Below are positions 1 through 8,539 of a DNA stretch of 64,000 nt, piece by piece. Every line of letters starts with the position of its first letter. Positions within the stretch are counted from its first letter, which is position 1. The DNA comes from an uncultured Actinomycetes bacterium (GTDB lineage Bacteria; Actinomycetota; Thermoleophilia; Gaiellales; JAICJC01): positions 231,307 to 295,306 of the forward strand of contig CAVQZC010000007.1 of assembly GCA_963718315.1 (NCBI GenBank). Direction: 5' to 3'. The position numbers and the translations under genes were made by a program. The notes under the pieces are model-generated. The model was not told the DNA's origin. It saw only the letters and a list, made by a program, of their open reading frames with translations, and ran no database searches.

Positions 1-105
1 CGCACGTAGTGGGGGGAATGGCCGGCCGTCATCAATACCACCACCTGGTCGGAGAGCGAGGATTCGACTGCGGCGAAGGGTACCTGGCGGGGACGTAGCA
101 CGCTG

Positions 106-1458
106 GTGCCCGGGAGTTCCGCCTGTAGATTGGCGTCAGTGCACGGCTGGGAACTGGCAACGGTCGGGGCGATCCTGCTCGGCTACGCGGCGGTGTCGGG
201 GTGGCTGCAGCGGTCGCCGATCTCGGCCGCGATGGTGTTCGTCACCTGCGGGTATGTCGTCGGCAACCACGGATTCGGGCTGATCAGCGGCGCCTCGGCA
301 CGGGAGAGCGAGCGGCTGCTGGCCGAGGCGACTCTGACCCTGCTGCTGTTCGCGGACGCCGCGCGCATCGACCTGCGCGTGCTGCGCACCGAGTACGCCC
401 TGCCGGTGCGGCTGCTCGGCGTCGGGCTGCCGCTGACGATCGTCGCCGGCGCGCTCGTGGCGGCCGTGATGTTCGGCGGCCTGACGCTGCCGGAGGCCGC
501 CGTGTTGGGGGTGCTGCTGGCGCCGACCGATGCCGCGCTGGGGCAGGCGGTGGTGACCGATCTGCGGCTGCCTTCGCGGATCCGGCAGGGGCTGAACGTC
601 GAGAGCGGCCTCAACGACGGGATCTGTGTGCCGCTGCTCTTTCTCGCCCTGGGGTTCGCCGAGGCGGACTCGAACACGGCCAGCGCATCGGGAGCCGCGC
701 GGCTGATCTCCGAGGCGATCGGCTACGGGTGCCTGGGCGGGGTGATTGCCGGCGGCCTGGCCGCGATCCTGCTCACGCAGGGACGCCGGCACGGGCTGAC
801 CGCCGAGGTGGCGGTACCGGTGATCCCGGTGGCGGCGGCCGCGCTGGCCTACGGGATCGCGACGCCCCTGGGCGGAAGCGGGTTCATAGCGGCCTTCGTC
901 GGCGGCCTGGTGTACGGCGGCATCGTCAGCAACGAGCACGGCACGGACAGCCTGCTCGCCGAGGAGATCGGCAGCATTCTCGACGGCGCTACCTTCGTCG
1001 TGTTCGGCGCGGCGATCCTGGGCCCGGCGCTCTCGGTGCTCGACTGGCGTATCGCGCTCTACGCGGTGCTCAGCCTGACGGTGGTCAGGATGGTGCCGGT
1101 GTGGCTGGCCATGGCCGGCATGCACGCCCGGCCGCCGACCATCGCCTATGTCGGGTGGTTCGGCCCGCGCGGCCTGGCGTCGATCGTGTTCGCCCTGATC
1201 CTCGTCGAGGGCTCGCATCTACCCGGGACACCGACGATCCTTGCGGTCACCTTCTTCACCGTGGTGCTCTCGGTGTTCGCTCACGGCCTGACCGCCCCGG
1301 CGCTGACCGATCGCTACGCCGGCTGGTTCCGGAGCCACCCCGCCGACGGCGCGCCGCCTATGGAGAGCGTGGATGTGCCGCACCAGCGCTGGCGGCGCGG
1401 TCCCCGGCCGGCAACCGCTGCACTGGTAGGCACCAGTGCGCCCGGGGGTGCGGCGTGA
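106..1458 (+). CDS. cation:proton antiporter (Na+/H+ exchanger, CPA1-like)
   Basis: 450-aa ORF that is hydrophobic throughout (about 11-12 helices). Family-like stretches: LLFADAARIDL, LAPTDAALG, ESGLNDG, FGPRGLASIVF. Start uncertain (GTG at 106 or 139). Confidence 0.8.
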   Translation: MPGSSACRLASVHGWELATVGAILLGYAAVSGWLQRSPISAAMVFVTCGYVVGNHGFGLISGASARESERLLAEATLTLLLFADAARIDLRVLRTEYALPVRLLGVGLPLTIVAGALVAAVMFGGLTLPEAAVLGVLLAPTDAALGQAVVTDLRLPSRIRQGLNVESGLNDGICVPLLFLALGFAEADSNTASASGAARLISEAIGYGCLGGVIAGGLAAILLTQGRRHGLTAEVAVPVIPVAAAALAYGIATPLGGSGFIAAFVGGLVYGGIVSNEHGTDSLLAEEIGSILDGATFVVFGAAILGPALSVLDWRIALYAVLSLTVVRMVPVWLAMAGMHARPPTIAYVGWFGPRGLASIVFALILVEGSHLPGTPTILAVTFFTVVLSVFAHGLTAPALTDRYAGWFRSHPADGAPPMESVDVPHQRWRRGPRPATAALVGTSAPGGAA

Positions 1459-1470
1459 TGGAGTCGCGCG

Positions 1471-3066
1471 GTGACGACCGTGGCTGAAGCGCCCGCCGAC
1501 GCGGCCTCAGGTAGCAACCGGCTCGCGATTCTGCTGTCGATGGCGATGTTCGTGCTGGTCGTGGACACGTCGCTGATGAACGTCTCGATCGCCGCGGTCG
1601 TGCACGACCTCCACACCACCGTCAGCGGCGTCCAGTCCGCGATCGCGCTGGAGGCGCTGGTGTCGGCCGCGTTCATCCTGATCGGCGGCAAGGTCGGCGA
1701 CCTGATCGGCCGCAAGCGCGCCTACGTCATCGGGCTGCTTGCGTATGCGGTCGGTGCCCTGTCGATGGCGCTCGCCCAGGACCTGCTCGCGATCATCGTG
1801 TTCTGGGCGATCGTGGGCGGGCTGGGGGCCTCGCTGCTGCTGCCGGCGATGCAGTCCCTGATCCACGGCAACTTCCAGGGGGCGGCGCAGGCGAAGGCCT
1901 ACGCGATGGTGGGAGCGGCGGCGGCCATCGCTGCGGCGGTCGGGCCGCTGCTGGGCGGGTTCATCACCACCTACCTGTCGTGGCGGATCGCGTTCCTGCT
2001 CGAGGACGCGGTGATCGTCGTCGTGCTGACGGGCATCAAGCTGATCCGCGACACGCCCTACACCGGGCCTCCCGGGATCGACATCGTGGGATCGCTGCTG
2101 TCCGTTGTCGGCATGGGCGGGGTCGTGCTCAGCATCCTGGTCTGGCAGGAGGGCGGAGAGTCGGTTGCGGCGCTGCTGATCCTCGGGCTGCTGGCGATGG
2201 GCGGCCTGGTGCGCTGGCTGCTGAGGCGCAAGCGCGAGGGAAAGCCGGCGCTGCTCGACACCGACCTGTTCAGCTCCAAGGTGTTCCGGCTCGGGATCAC
2301 CCAGCAGATGCTCCAGCAGATCGCCCTGGGCGGGACGATGATCGTGCTGCCCATCTACCTGCAGATGGTGTTCGAGTACACCGCGATGGAGGCCGGCCTC
2401 TCGATGGCGCCGCTCTCGCTGAGCATGTTCGCGGTCGCGCTCGTGGCCGGCAGGCGCGGGGGGCACCGGAGGGCGAGCGTCATCATCCGGGCGGGCTTCG
2501 CCCTGCTCACCCTGGGGATGCTGATCCTGCTGCCGATCGTGCCCCGCGTCGACTCCGGGTGGTACCTGGTGGTGCCGTTGCTGATCGCCGGCTGCGGGCT
2601 CGGTCTGCTCGTCTCGCAGCTCAACAACTACACGCTGGCCCCGATGTCGGAGGAGCGGGTCAGCGAGGCGGCCGGGGTCAACTCCGCCTGCGGGTCGTTC
2701 GGGCTGTCGTTCGGGCTCGCCTTCGCCGGCGCGATCATGCTGGCGACGCTGTCGCTCGCATTTACCAACATGGCCGACTCGAGCGCGGTGCTCACCCCGT
2801 CGCAGCAGACGCAGGTGTCAAAGACGCTCGAGCACGACGCCGAGGTGATGAGCAACACGGCGCTTCAGAAGCAGATCGCCGGCGAGCCCAAGGCGACGCA
2901 GGAGGAGATCCTGCGGATCAACACCGACGCACGCCACATCGCGCTGCAGGTGGCGCTGCTGGTGCCGATCCTGGCCGGCTTGCTCGGCCTGCTGAACTCG
3001 TTCCGGATGGTGCGGATCCCCGAGCCGGTCGCGACCGCCTCGCTCGAGGGCGTCACCCTGGGCTAG
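1471..3066 (+). CDS. MFS transporter, DHA2 (EmrB/QacA-like, 14-TMS) family
   Basis: 531-aa ORF with about 14 hydrophobic segments and the MFS loop motif GGKVGDLIGRKRAY. Lies 13 nt after the antiporter stop. Confidence 0.8.
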   Translation: MTTVAEAPADAASGSNRLAILLSMAMFVLVVDTSLMNVSIAAVVHDLHTTVSGVQSAIALEALVSAAFILIGGKVGDLIGRKRAYVIGLLAYAVGALSMALAQDLLAIIVFWAIVGGLGASLLLPAMQSLIHGNFQGAAQAKAYAMVGAAAAIAAAVGPLLGGFITTYLSWRIAFLLEDAVIVVVLTGIKLIRDTPYTGPPGIDIVGSLLSVVGMGGVVLSILVWQEGGESVAALLILGLLAMGGLVRWLLRRKREGKPALLDTDLFSSKVFRLGITQQMLQQIALGGTMIVLPIYLQMVFEYTAMEAGLSMAPLSLSMFAVALVAGRRGGHRRASVIIRAGFALLTLGMLILLPIVPRVDSGWYLVVPLLIAGCGLGLLVSQLNNYTLAPMSEERVSEAAGVNSACGSFGLSFGLAFAGAIMLATLSLAFTNMADSSAVLTPSQQTQVSKTLEHDAEVMSNTALQKQIAGEPKATQEEILRINTDARHIALQVALLVPILAGLLGLLNSFRMVRIPEPVATASLEGVTLG

Positions 3067-3355
3067 GAGGTGTAACTCGAGGCGGACAGGGCTGATGCCC
3101 CGTCCAGGGGGTTGCCGCGGCGCCGTGCGTTGGGCACCGTGCGACCAGACCCCGAAGGCTCCAACCTAAGGCTCCCACAATGCATGAATCACCCGATCGT
3201 CACGACGCGCGTGCTCTCGCGCTCATCGACCAGGCGTTGACTCTCGGTCGCTTCACCGAGTCGCTCGTTGCTCAGGTCGCCGAGGCGTTGGCCGCGGCCG
3301 AGCAGGCCGAGCGCGGCGCCGCGCGCTTCTGAGTTTCGCCGGGCTGCGGTGTCCA

Positions 3356-3499
3356 AGAGCGCCTAACAGAATGCCTCGCGGCGTCTGGCAGGCGTCGGGC
3401 AAGCTGACTTGCAAGCCTCAGGCTTGCAAGGTTCAGGAGGAATCTGCGATTTACGCAGATTCCGGATGCGATGGCGCGTCGCATTCTGTTAGGCGCTCT
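3356..3499 (+). repeat. structured repeat element, copy 1 (19-bp perfect closing inverted repeat around a 64-nt double-hairpin core)
   Basis: AGAGCGCCTAACAGAATGC (3356-3374) is the exact reverse complement of 3481-3499. The core at 3406-3469 contains hairpins CTTGCAAGCC-TCA-GGCTTGCAAG and GGAATCTGCG-ATTTA-CGCAGATTCC. The core matches 40856-40919 at 60 of 64 positions. Confidence 0.6.
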
Positions 3500-3713
3500 A
3501 AGTCGCCTGCGACTGGGCGCCGCAGCCCGAGCACACCCAGGACATCAGCGAGTGCGACGGGCTCGACAGCGGGAAGTCGTCCGAGTCGACCTCGGCTTCG
3601 AGCAGGTCGCTGGGCTGCCAGTGCAGCCGGTCCTCGCCGCCGCACTCCGGGCTGTGGCACGGACGCGTCTCGGTGACGGCCCCCGCGGGCGGCGTCTTCG
3701 GGTCGGACTGCAC
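3498..3713 (-). CDS. small zinc-ribbon-like protein (71 aa), hypothetical
   Basis: GTG-initiated frame directly after the epimerase stop with very high third-position GC. Contains CHSPEC ... CSGC (CxxxxC/CxxC pair). It is the C-terminal part of track ORF 3498..4163. Confidence 0.4.
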   Translation of the reverse strand: MQSDPKTPPAGAVTETRPCHSPECGGEDRLHWQPSDLLEAEVDSDDFPLSSPSHSLMSWVCSGCGAQSQAT

Positions 3714-3723
3714 GCCCAGGACA

Positions 3724-4692
3724 CTACACGGTGGCCATTGGTGATCGGCGTTCCTGTCCGTCGCCGGCGGCCGTCGCGGAGTAGGCAGCCGGGAACCCCT
3801 GCCGCCAGCTCGGGTACCGAAGCACCCAGCCAAGCTCGCGCTTTGCCTTCGCGTTGGATGCGCCCCGTGACTCGGTGGCCATGACGACGGCAGCCTCGCC
3901 CGCCACCAGCCTTGCCAACCACGCGGGGAAGTGCCGCGGCGGCCTGGCTCCGAGGGCCTCGGCGAGAACCGGCAGCCAGTCGCGTGCCGGTGCGGGCTCG
4001 TCGTCGACGACGTTGTAGATCGCGGGCCCCTCGTGCTCCAGCGCGAGCACGGTTGCGGCCGCAGCGTCGTCGAGGTGGATCCAGGGGATGATGCCGCCGC
4101 CGTCGCCGATGATCGGCATCCGCCGTTTGCGGACGAGGTCGCCCCAGCCATCGTCGGGTGCACCGTAGAACCCTCCGTAGCGCAAGGCGATCCCTCCGAA
4201 GTCGGTGACGGCGGCCTCGAGATGGGCCATCGCGGCGAAGGTCTCGTGTGTATTTCGCGGCGGGTTGGTGTCGAGCGGATCGTCCTCTGTCTTCACCGGC
4301 CCGCCCACCCGGGCGTAGCGGTACGGCGCGAAGCTCTGGGCGACGAATCGGCGCGCACCGACGTCCCGGGCGGCGGCGATCAGGACGTCGGTGCCCTTCG
4401 TCCGCAGCTCGTTCGTCCGTGCGAACGTCCTGTCGAGGCTGCGTCCGAACCGAGCGCCGGCAAGCGCCGTCGCCTCGTGCACGATCGCTTCGGGCCCGGT
4501 CTCGAGCACCGCCTGGCGTACCGCTTCGGCGTCGAGCAGGTCGACCGCGACAGCTCTGGCGCCGAGCGACGTCAGCCGCTCGCTACTCCCGCGCGTGGTG
4601 TGGGTACCGATCACCTCGTGGCCCGCGTCGATCAACTGGGGTACCAGCCGCCTGCCCAGGACGCCGCTTGCTCCTGCGACGAAAATACGCAT
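3724..4692 (-). CDS. NAD(P)-dependent epimerase/dehydratase (extended SDR/NmrA-like)
   Basis: N-terminal Rossmann motif MRIFVAGASGVLGRRL, 322 aa. Divergent from an ECF41-type sigma gene, which is the classic 'COE' partner arrangement. Confidence 0.8.
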   Translation of the reverse strand: MRIFVAGASGVLGRRLVPQLIDAGHEVIGTHTTRGSSERLTSLGARAVAVDLLDAEAVRQAVLETGPEAIVHEATALAGARFGRSLDRTFARTNELRTKGTDVLIAAARDVGARRFVAQSFAPYRYARVGGPVKTEDDPLDTNPPRNTHETFAAMAHLEAAVTDFGGIALRYGGFYGAPDDGWGDLVRKRRMPIIGDGGGIIPWIHLDDAAAATVLALEHEGPAIYNVVDDEPAPARDWLPVLAEALGARPPRHFPAWLARLVAGEAAVVMATESRGASNAKAKRELGWVLRYPSWRQGFPAAYSATAAGDGQERRSPMATV

Positions 4693-4726
4693 CAGATCCT
4701 CCCTTTCGTGCCTCTGGTCACATCCC

Positions 4727-4755
4727 GCTCGTCCGGCGGGTCTACTTCAGTGACA
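4727..4755 (-). promoter_or_regulatory. candidate ECF41-type promoter upstream of the epimerase gene
   Basis: The minus strand reads TGTCACT-N17-CGAG, then about 35 nt containing GGGAGGA before the ATG at 4692. It resembles the published ECF41 motif TGTCACA-N16-CGTC but is imperfect. A second look-alike, GGTCACA-N16-GGTC, is on the plus strand at about 4715-4741. Confidence 0.25.
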
Positions 4756-4777
4756 CGCTGCGCAGGAGGAACGTGAC

Positions 4778-5656
4778 ATGGATCAGCAGGAATGGCTCGC
4801 CCAGGAATTCGAGGCCCAGCGGCCGCACCTCCGTGCGGTGGCCTACCGGATGCTCGGCTCGCTGAGCGAGGCCGACGACGCGGTCCAGGACGCGTGGCTA
4901 CGGCTCGCCCGCGCCGACACCAGCGACGTCGAGAACCTTCGCGCGTGGCTGACGACGGTCGTCGCGCGGGTGGCCCTGAACACGCTGCGCGCGCGCAACA
5001 CGCGCCGCGAGCAGGCGCTCGACGCGCACGTGCCCGACCCGATCATCGACCCCAGCGAGGGGACGAATCCCGAGCACGAGGCGCTGCTCGCCGACTCCGT
5101 CGGCCTGGCGCTGCTGATCGTCCTGGAGCAGCTGACACCGCCCGAGCGGCTGGCCTTCGTCCTGCACGACATGTTCGCGGTGCCGTTCGAGGAGATCGCG
5201 CCCATCGTGGAGCGCTCGCCGGAGGCGACCCGGCAGCTGGCGAGCCGTGCGCGCCGGCGCGTGCGCGGCGCCGACCCGGTCCCGGATGCTGACCTGGCCG
5301 CACAGTGGGAGGTTGTCGAGGCGTTTCTGGCGGCCGCCCGCGACGGGAACTTCGACGCGCTGGTCGCCGTGCTCGACCCGGACGTCGAGCTACGGGCAGA
5401 TCGTGGACTCACCGGCGCGTCGCAGCACCTGCGCGGTGCGGAGACCGTGGCCAGCCAGGCGCTGCTGTTCCGGCGCCTCGACCTGACCATGCGGCGCGCG
5501 CTCGTCAACGGCGCGGCCGGGATGGTGACCTTCCTGAACGACAGGCCGTTCTCGATCTGCGCCGTCACGATCAAGAACGGGCGGATCGCGGAGCTCAACT
5601 TCCTGGCCGACACGGAGCGCCTGGCGCGACTCGACCTGACCGTCCTCGACGACTAA
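4778..5656 (+). CDS. RNA polymerase ECF sigma factor with SnoaL-like C-terminal extension (ECF41/SigJ-like)
   Basis: Region 2 (DAVQDAWLRL) and region 4 (PPERLAFVLHDMFAVPFEEIAPIVERSPEATRQLASRARRRV) are followed by an extra domain of about 110 aa. AGGAGG lies 8 nt upstream of the ATG. No anti-sigma gene is adjacent. Confidence 0.85.
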   Translation: MDQQEWLAQEFEAQRPHLRAVAYRMLGSLSEADDAVQDAWLRLARADTSDVENLRAWLTTVVARVALNTLRARNTRREQALDAHVPDPIIDPSEGTNPEHEALLADSVGLALLIVLEQLTPPERLAFVLHDMFAVPFEEIAPIVERSPEATRQLASRARRRVRGADPVPDADLAAQWEVVEAFLAAARDGNFDALVAVLDPDVELRADRGLTGASQHLRGAETVASQALLFRRLDLTMRRALVNGAAGMVTFLNDRPFSICAVTIKNGRIAELNFLADTERLARLDLTVLDD

Positions 5657-5664
5657 AGAGCGCT

Positions 5665-6174
5665 CTACGGCGTGGCATCGGTGATTGCGGCCCACACCAG
5701 CCCGTCGGCGCGCGCGTTCTCCTCGCGTGGCACCCAGCGGAACGAGACGTGGGCGAACCCTGCAAGCTGGCTGATGACGGGCCGAAGCGGCCGCGCGCTG
5801 GCCGGCGGCCGTGGATCGCCCAGCAGCCAGCCCACGACCACCTGCGAGTCGAGCCTGACCTCCAGCTCGTCGAGCTGCAGCTCGGCCGCCTGCTCGAGCG
5901 CCGCGGCGATCGCAAGGCATTCGACCTCCTCGATGGTGCGGGCTCCGACGATCCGCGCCTCCTCCGCGATCACGCGGCCGGTGGGGGAGCTGAGGACGTA
6001 TGCCGCCGCTGCCTGGTCGCCTCGGACACCGCCGTCGCACCACGCGACGTACAGCTTCGGCTGATCACCTCGCTGGGCGCGTGAGTCGGCCGCCAGGCGC
6101 CGCCGCTCGGCGTCCTTCAGGGTTGCACCAGACCGGCGTTTCGCGGTCTTTTGCCGCTGTGGACGGTTCGACAT
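5665..6174 (-). CDS. RNase H (type 1 / RVT_3-like) with basic N-terminal tail
   Basis: Within track ORF 5665..6543 only the part after the ATG at 6174 looks real. It has WCDGG (Asp), EVECLAI (Glu), LDSQVVV (Asp) and REENARADGL. The upstream part of the ORF is Arg-rich junk overlapping the next gene. Confidence 0.7.
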   Translation of the reverse strand: MSNRPQRQKTAKRRSGATLKDAERRRLAADSRAQRGDQPKLYVAWCDGGVRGDQAAAAYVLSSPTGRVIAEEARIVGARTIEEVECLAIAAALEQAAELQLDELEVRLDSQVVVGWLLGDPRPPASARPLRPVISQLAGFAHVSFRWVPREENARADGLVWAAITDATP

Positions 6175-6203
6175 TGAGGCCGATCCTACGCCCGGGCTGC
6201 TCC

Positions 6204-6917
6204 CTAGGACGCAAGGTCGAAGACTGCCTTGAGGATGATCGCGGCGCCGATCGCGGCAAGCAGGGCGACGCCGATCGTGCGTTGGTGTTTCGCGATCCAT
6301 CGCCGCAGCCGGCTGCGGTCGTCGACCGCTCGCTGAGGGGCCAGGGCGGAGAAAAGGATCGGCGCGGTGATGGTCACGATCGACGCTGCGGCGAAGACGA
6401 TGAGGGCGACAACCCGGTCGACGGTACCGACGTTGGCCTTCAGAATCTCGAGGGCGGCCACGAGGGTTATCGAATAGGTGAGCATGACGCCGCCGGCGGC
6501 AAGCGCAACGGCCCAGTGCCGTCCGACCAGATTGGTCAGCCACTGCGGCACCGGATCCTTCGCAGTCTCCGACACCGGCCGGCGGTTGAGCACGACTGCC
6601 CCGACGATCAACGCGGCGCCGATCACGATCTCAGCTATCGAGGCGAGCCGGGAGGGGGTCGTCTGTGAGGTGCGGAAATCCAGCGCCGGGACCAGGACCA
6701 CCACCGCGCCGATCACCGCGATCGTGACCACCCACCCGATCACGAACGCGATGGCTCGGCGGATCCCCGAGGGTAGATCCAGCAACACGAGCACCGCCAG
6801 CACCGATGTCGGGCTCGAAAACGCCACCGCCAGGCCGAGCGCCGCGACCGAGACGATCAGCGTTTCCACAGCGTCCCCAACCGCTCCCGCTCGGACACCC
6901 GCATCCGCCCGGGGCAT
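6204..6917 (-). CDS. GAP/Sap-family integral membrane protein
   Basis: About 6 hydrophobic helices and a 237-aa product from the ATG at 6917, which is 13 nt after the upstream ATPase stop. The family call rests on overall architecture only. Confidence 0.5.
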   Translation of the reverse strand: MPRADAGVRAGAVGDAVETLIVSVAALGLAVAFSSPTSVLAVLVLLDLPSGIRRAIAFVIGWVVTIAVIGAVVVLVPALDFRTSQTTPSRLASIAEIVIGAALIVGAVVLNRRPVSETAKDPVPQWLTNLVGRHWAVALAAGGVMLTYSITLVAALEILKANVGTVDRVVALIVFAAASIVTITAPILFSALAPQRAVDDRSRLRRWIAKHQRTIGVALLAAIGAAIILKAVFDLAS

Positions 6918-6930
6918 CCTGTCGGGGCGC

Positions 6931-8421
6931 TCACCCGGCGAGCTGTGGGGCGGCGGCCCAGTCGGCTGGAATGTCTGAGCCGCCCTCCTGCGTGATGCGA
7001 CCGCTGACGCGCGCGAAGGTGGGATGGCTGACGATCGTTCCGGCGACAAGCGCCTCGCCCTGACGGAACAACGTCGACTGCTCGATGAGGGACGCCGGGG
7101 CGTAGGAGAAGAGTCCCGTCAGGTGGGCGATGTCGGCTGCGGAGTTCATCCGCATGAGAACGAGGTTGTCGCACTGCGACAGAACGTTGTCATGCACCTT
7201 GGACGGTCGCTGTGTCGAGACCAACAGGTGAATGCCGAACTTGCGGCCCTCGCCGGCGATCCGCACAGCGTGCTCGGTCGAGAGCTGCGTCAAGGGATCG
7301 CTTGCCGCTGCGGGGCACACGTTGTGCGCCTCGTCGATCACGCACAGCGTCGGCCGGCGCCGCTCCCGCATCTCCCACAGCTCGGACAGCACGGCCTCCG
7401 CGACGGTCGAGCGGGCTCGCTCACCGGGAATGCTGCCGAGATCGACGACCAGCGCGCGCCAGTCGTCGTCGGCCAGTCGCTCGAGCAGACCGGCCGACGT
7501 GTCGCCGCGAGACCAGATCGGCCAATCGAGCAGGCCGAGGTTCCGGACGCGCAGACTGAGCTGCTGCAGCTCGGGGGGCGGCTCGACGATCCAGCGCTCC
7601 AGATCGGCCAGGGAGGCGCCCGCCGCCTCCCGCTCGATGACCGACAGCAGTGCTGCGTACTCGTCACGGTCGCGCAGCGGGTCGAGCTGGGCCACCGCCG
7701 CGCGACTTCGTGCGTCCAGGTCGAAGAACCGCAGGTGGAGCCGGGAGTCGCCCTCGCCCCCTGAGCGCCGCACATCGATCCGCGATGCGCGGTCGGCCCA
7801 GCGTTCGGCGGTCGCCGGCTCGGCGTCGTCGCGGGCCAACGGCAGGCGGGCGAAGTCCGAGTTGGGATCCAGGATGACCACGCGCAGGTCGGTTTCCAGC
7901 AGGAGCTGCTCGAGGATGACGCTGAGCGCGTATGACTTGCCCGAGCCCGATTGGCCGCAGAGAAAGGTGTGCCGGGCGAAGCCGCCGGCGTCGAGACGGG
8001 CGGGAACGCCGGGTGCGAACGTCAGCTCACCGATGGTCAGCCGTGCACGCGCCGGAGCGGTACGGTCGAGCCATGCGCCGACCTCACCCGGCTCCGCCGC
8101 CCGGATCGGTGCGTCGTTCAGCGGCTCGCCGATCTCGAGCACACGGCCTCGGCCGGCGACGGCGTAGTAGCGCACCCGCGTCCGATACCGGGTGGCGGCA
8201 TCTGTGGCCGACTCCACCTCGGGCCCCTCCCGGAGCTCGAGCCGGCTCTCGATCACCTGTCCGAGCAGCGCCCGCGACGGAGCTGCGATCGTCACGTACG
8301 AGCCCGCCTCGAGGGGCCGGTCGACCGGCGCCTCGAACTCGAAGGCGCGGCCATCGAGCGAGCGTGCAGCGGCGGCGACCCCGGCCTCCAGGCGTTGTCG
8401 CTCGTGCTCCGCGCCGATCAT
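6931..8421 (-). CDS. HerA-like (DUF87/FtsK-HerA superfamily) P-loop ATPase
   Basis: Walker A is CGQSGSGKSYAL and Walker B is LCVIDEAHNV. GRKFGIHLLVSTQRPSKV is typical of HerA/VirB4-type ATPases. The N-terminal region of about 150 aa is barrel-like. Confidence 0.75.
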   Translation of the reverse strand: MIGAEHERQRLEAGVAAAARSLDGRAFEFEAPVDRPLEAGSYVTIAAPSRALLGQVIESRLELREGPEVESATDAATRYRTRVRYYAVAGRGRVLEIGEPLNDAPIRAAEPGEVGAWLDRTAPARARLTIGELTFAPGVPARLDAGGFARHTFLCGQSGSGKSYALSVILEQLLLETDLRVVILDPNSDFARLPLARDDAEPATAERWADRASRIDVRRSGGEGDSRLHLRFFDLDARSRAAVAQLDPLRDRDEYAALLSVIEREAAGASLADLERWIVEPPPELQQLSLRVRNLGLLDWPIWSRGDTSAGLLERLADDDWRALVVDLGSIPGERARSTVAEAVLSELWEMRERRRPTLCVIDEAHNVCPAAASDPLTQLSTEHAVRIAGEGRKFGIHLLVSTQRPSKVHDNVLSQCDNLVLMRMNSAADIAHLTGLFSYAPASLIEQSTLFRQGEALVAGTIVSHPTFARVSGRITQEGGSDIPADWAAAPQLAG

Positions 8422-8539
8422 GGCATCAGAGCCTAACCGCCGATCCGCGGCGCGAGTTCATCCTCTTCGGACGATGCGTTCTCGCGGGGTGATTGAAATG
8501 CTCACACCTGGTGAAGACGCCCTTGAGCGGGAGGAGTCA

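Noticed and set aside
136-1487. Long ORFs antisense to or frame-shifted against the antiporter gene (136..1218 minus, 201..1487 plus). Similar cases occur throughout, for example 26656..28407, 30935..32149, 43735..45420, 49024..50652 and 59848..60888.
   Set aside because: The translations are dominated by Arg/Pro/Gly/Ala and lack family motifs. They overlap ORFs that have clear motifs and high third-position GC. This is a typical artefact of stop-codon scarcity in high-GC DNA.
3180-3332. A 50-aa ORF (MHESPDRHDARALALIDQALTLGRF...) between the MFS gene and repeat copy 1.
   Set aside because: GC3 is only moderate, there is no motif and no clear ribosome-binding site. It is mentioned as context for the repeat but not claimed as a gene.
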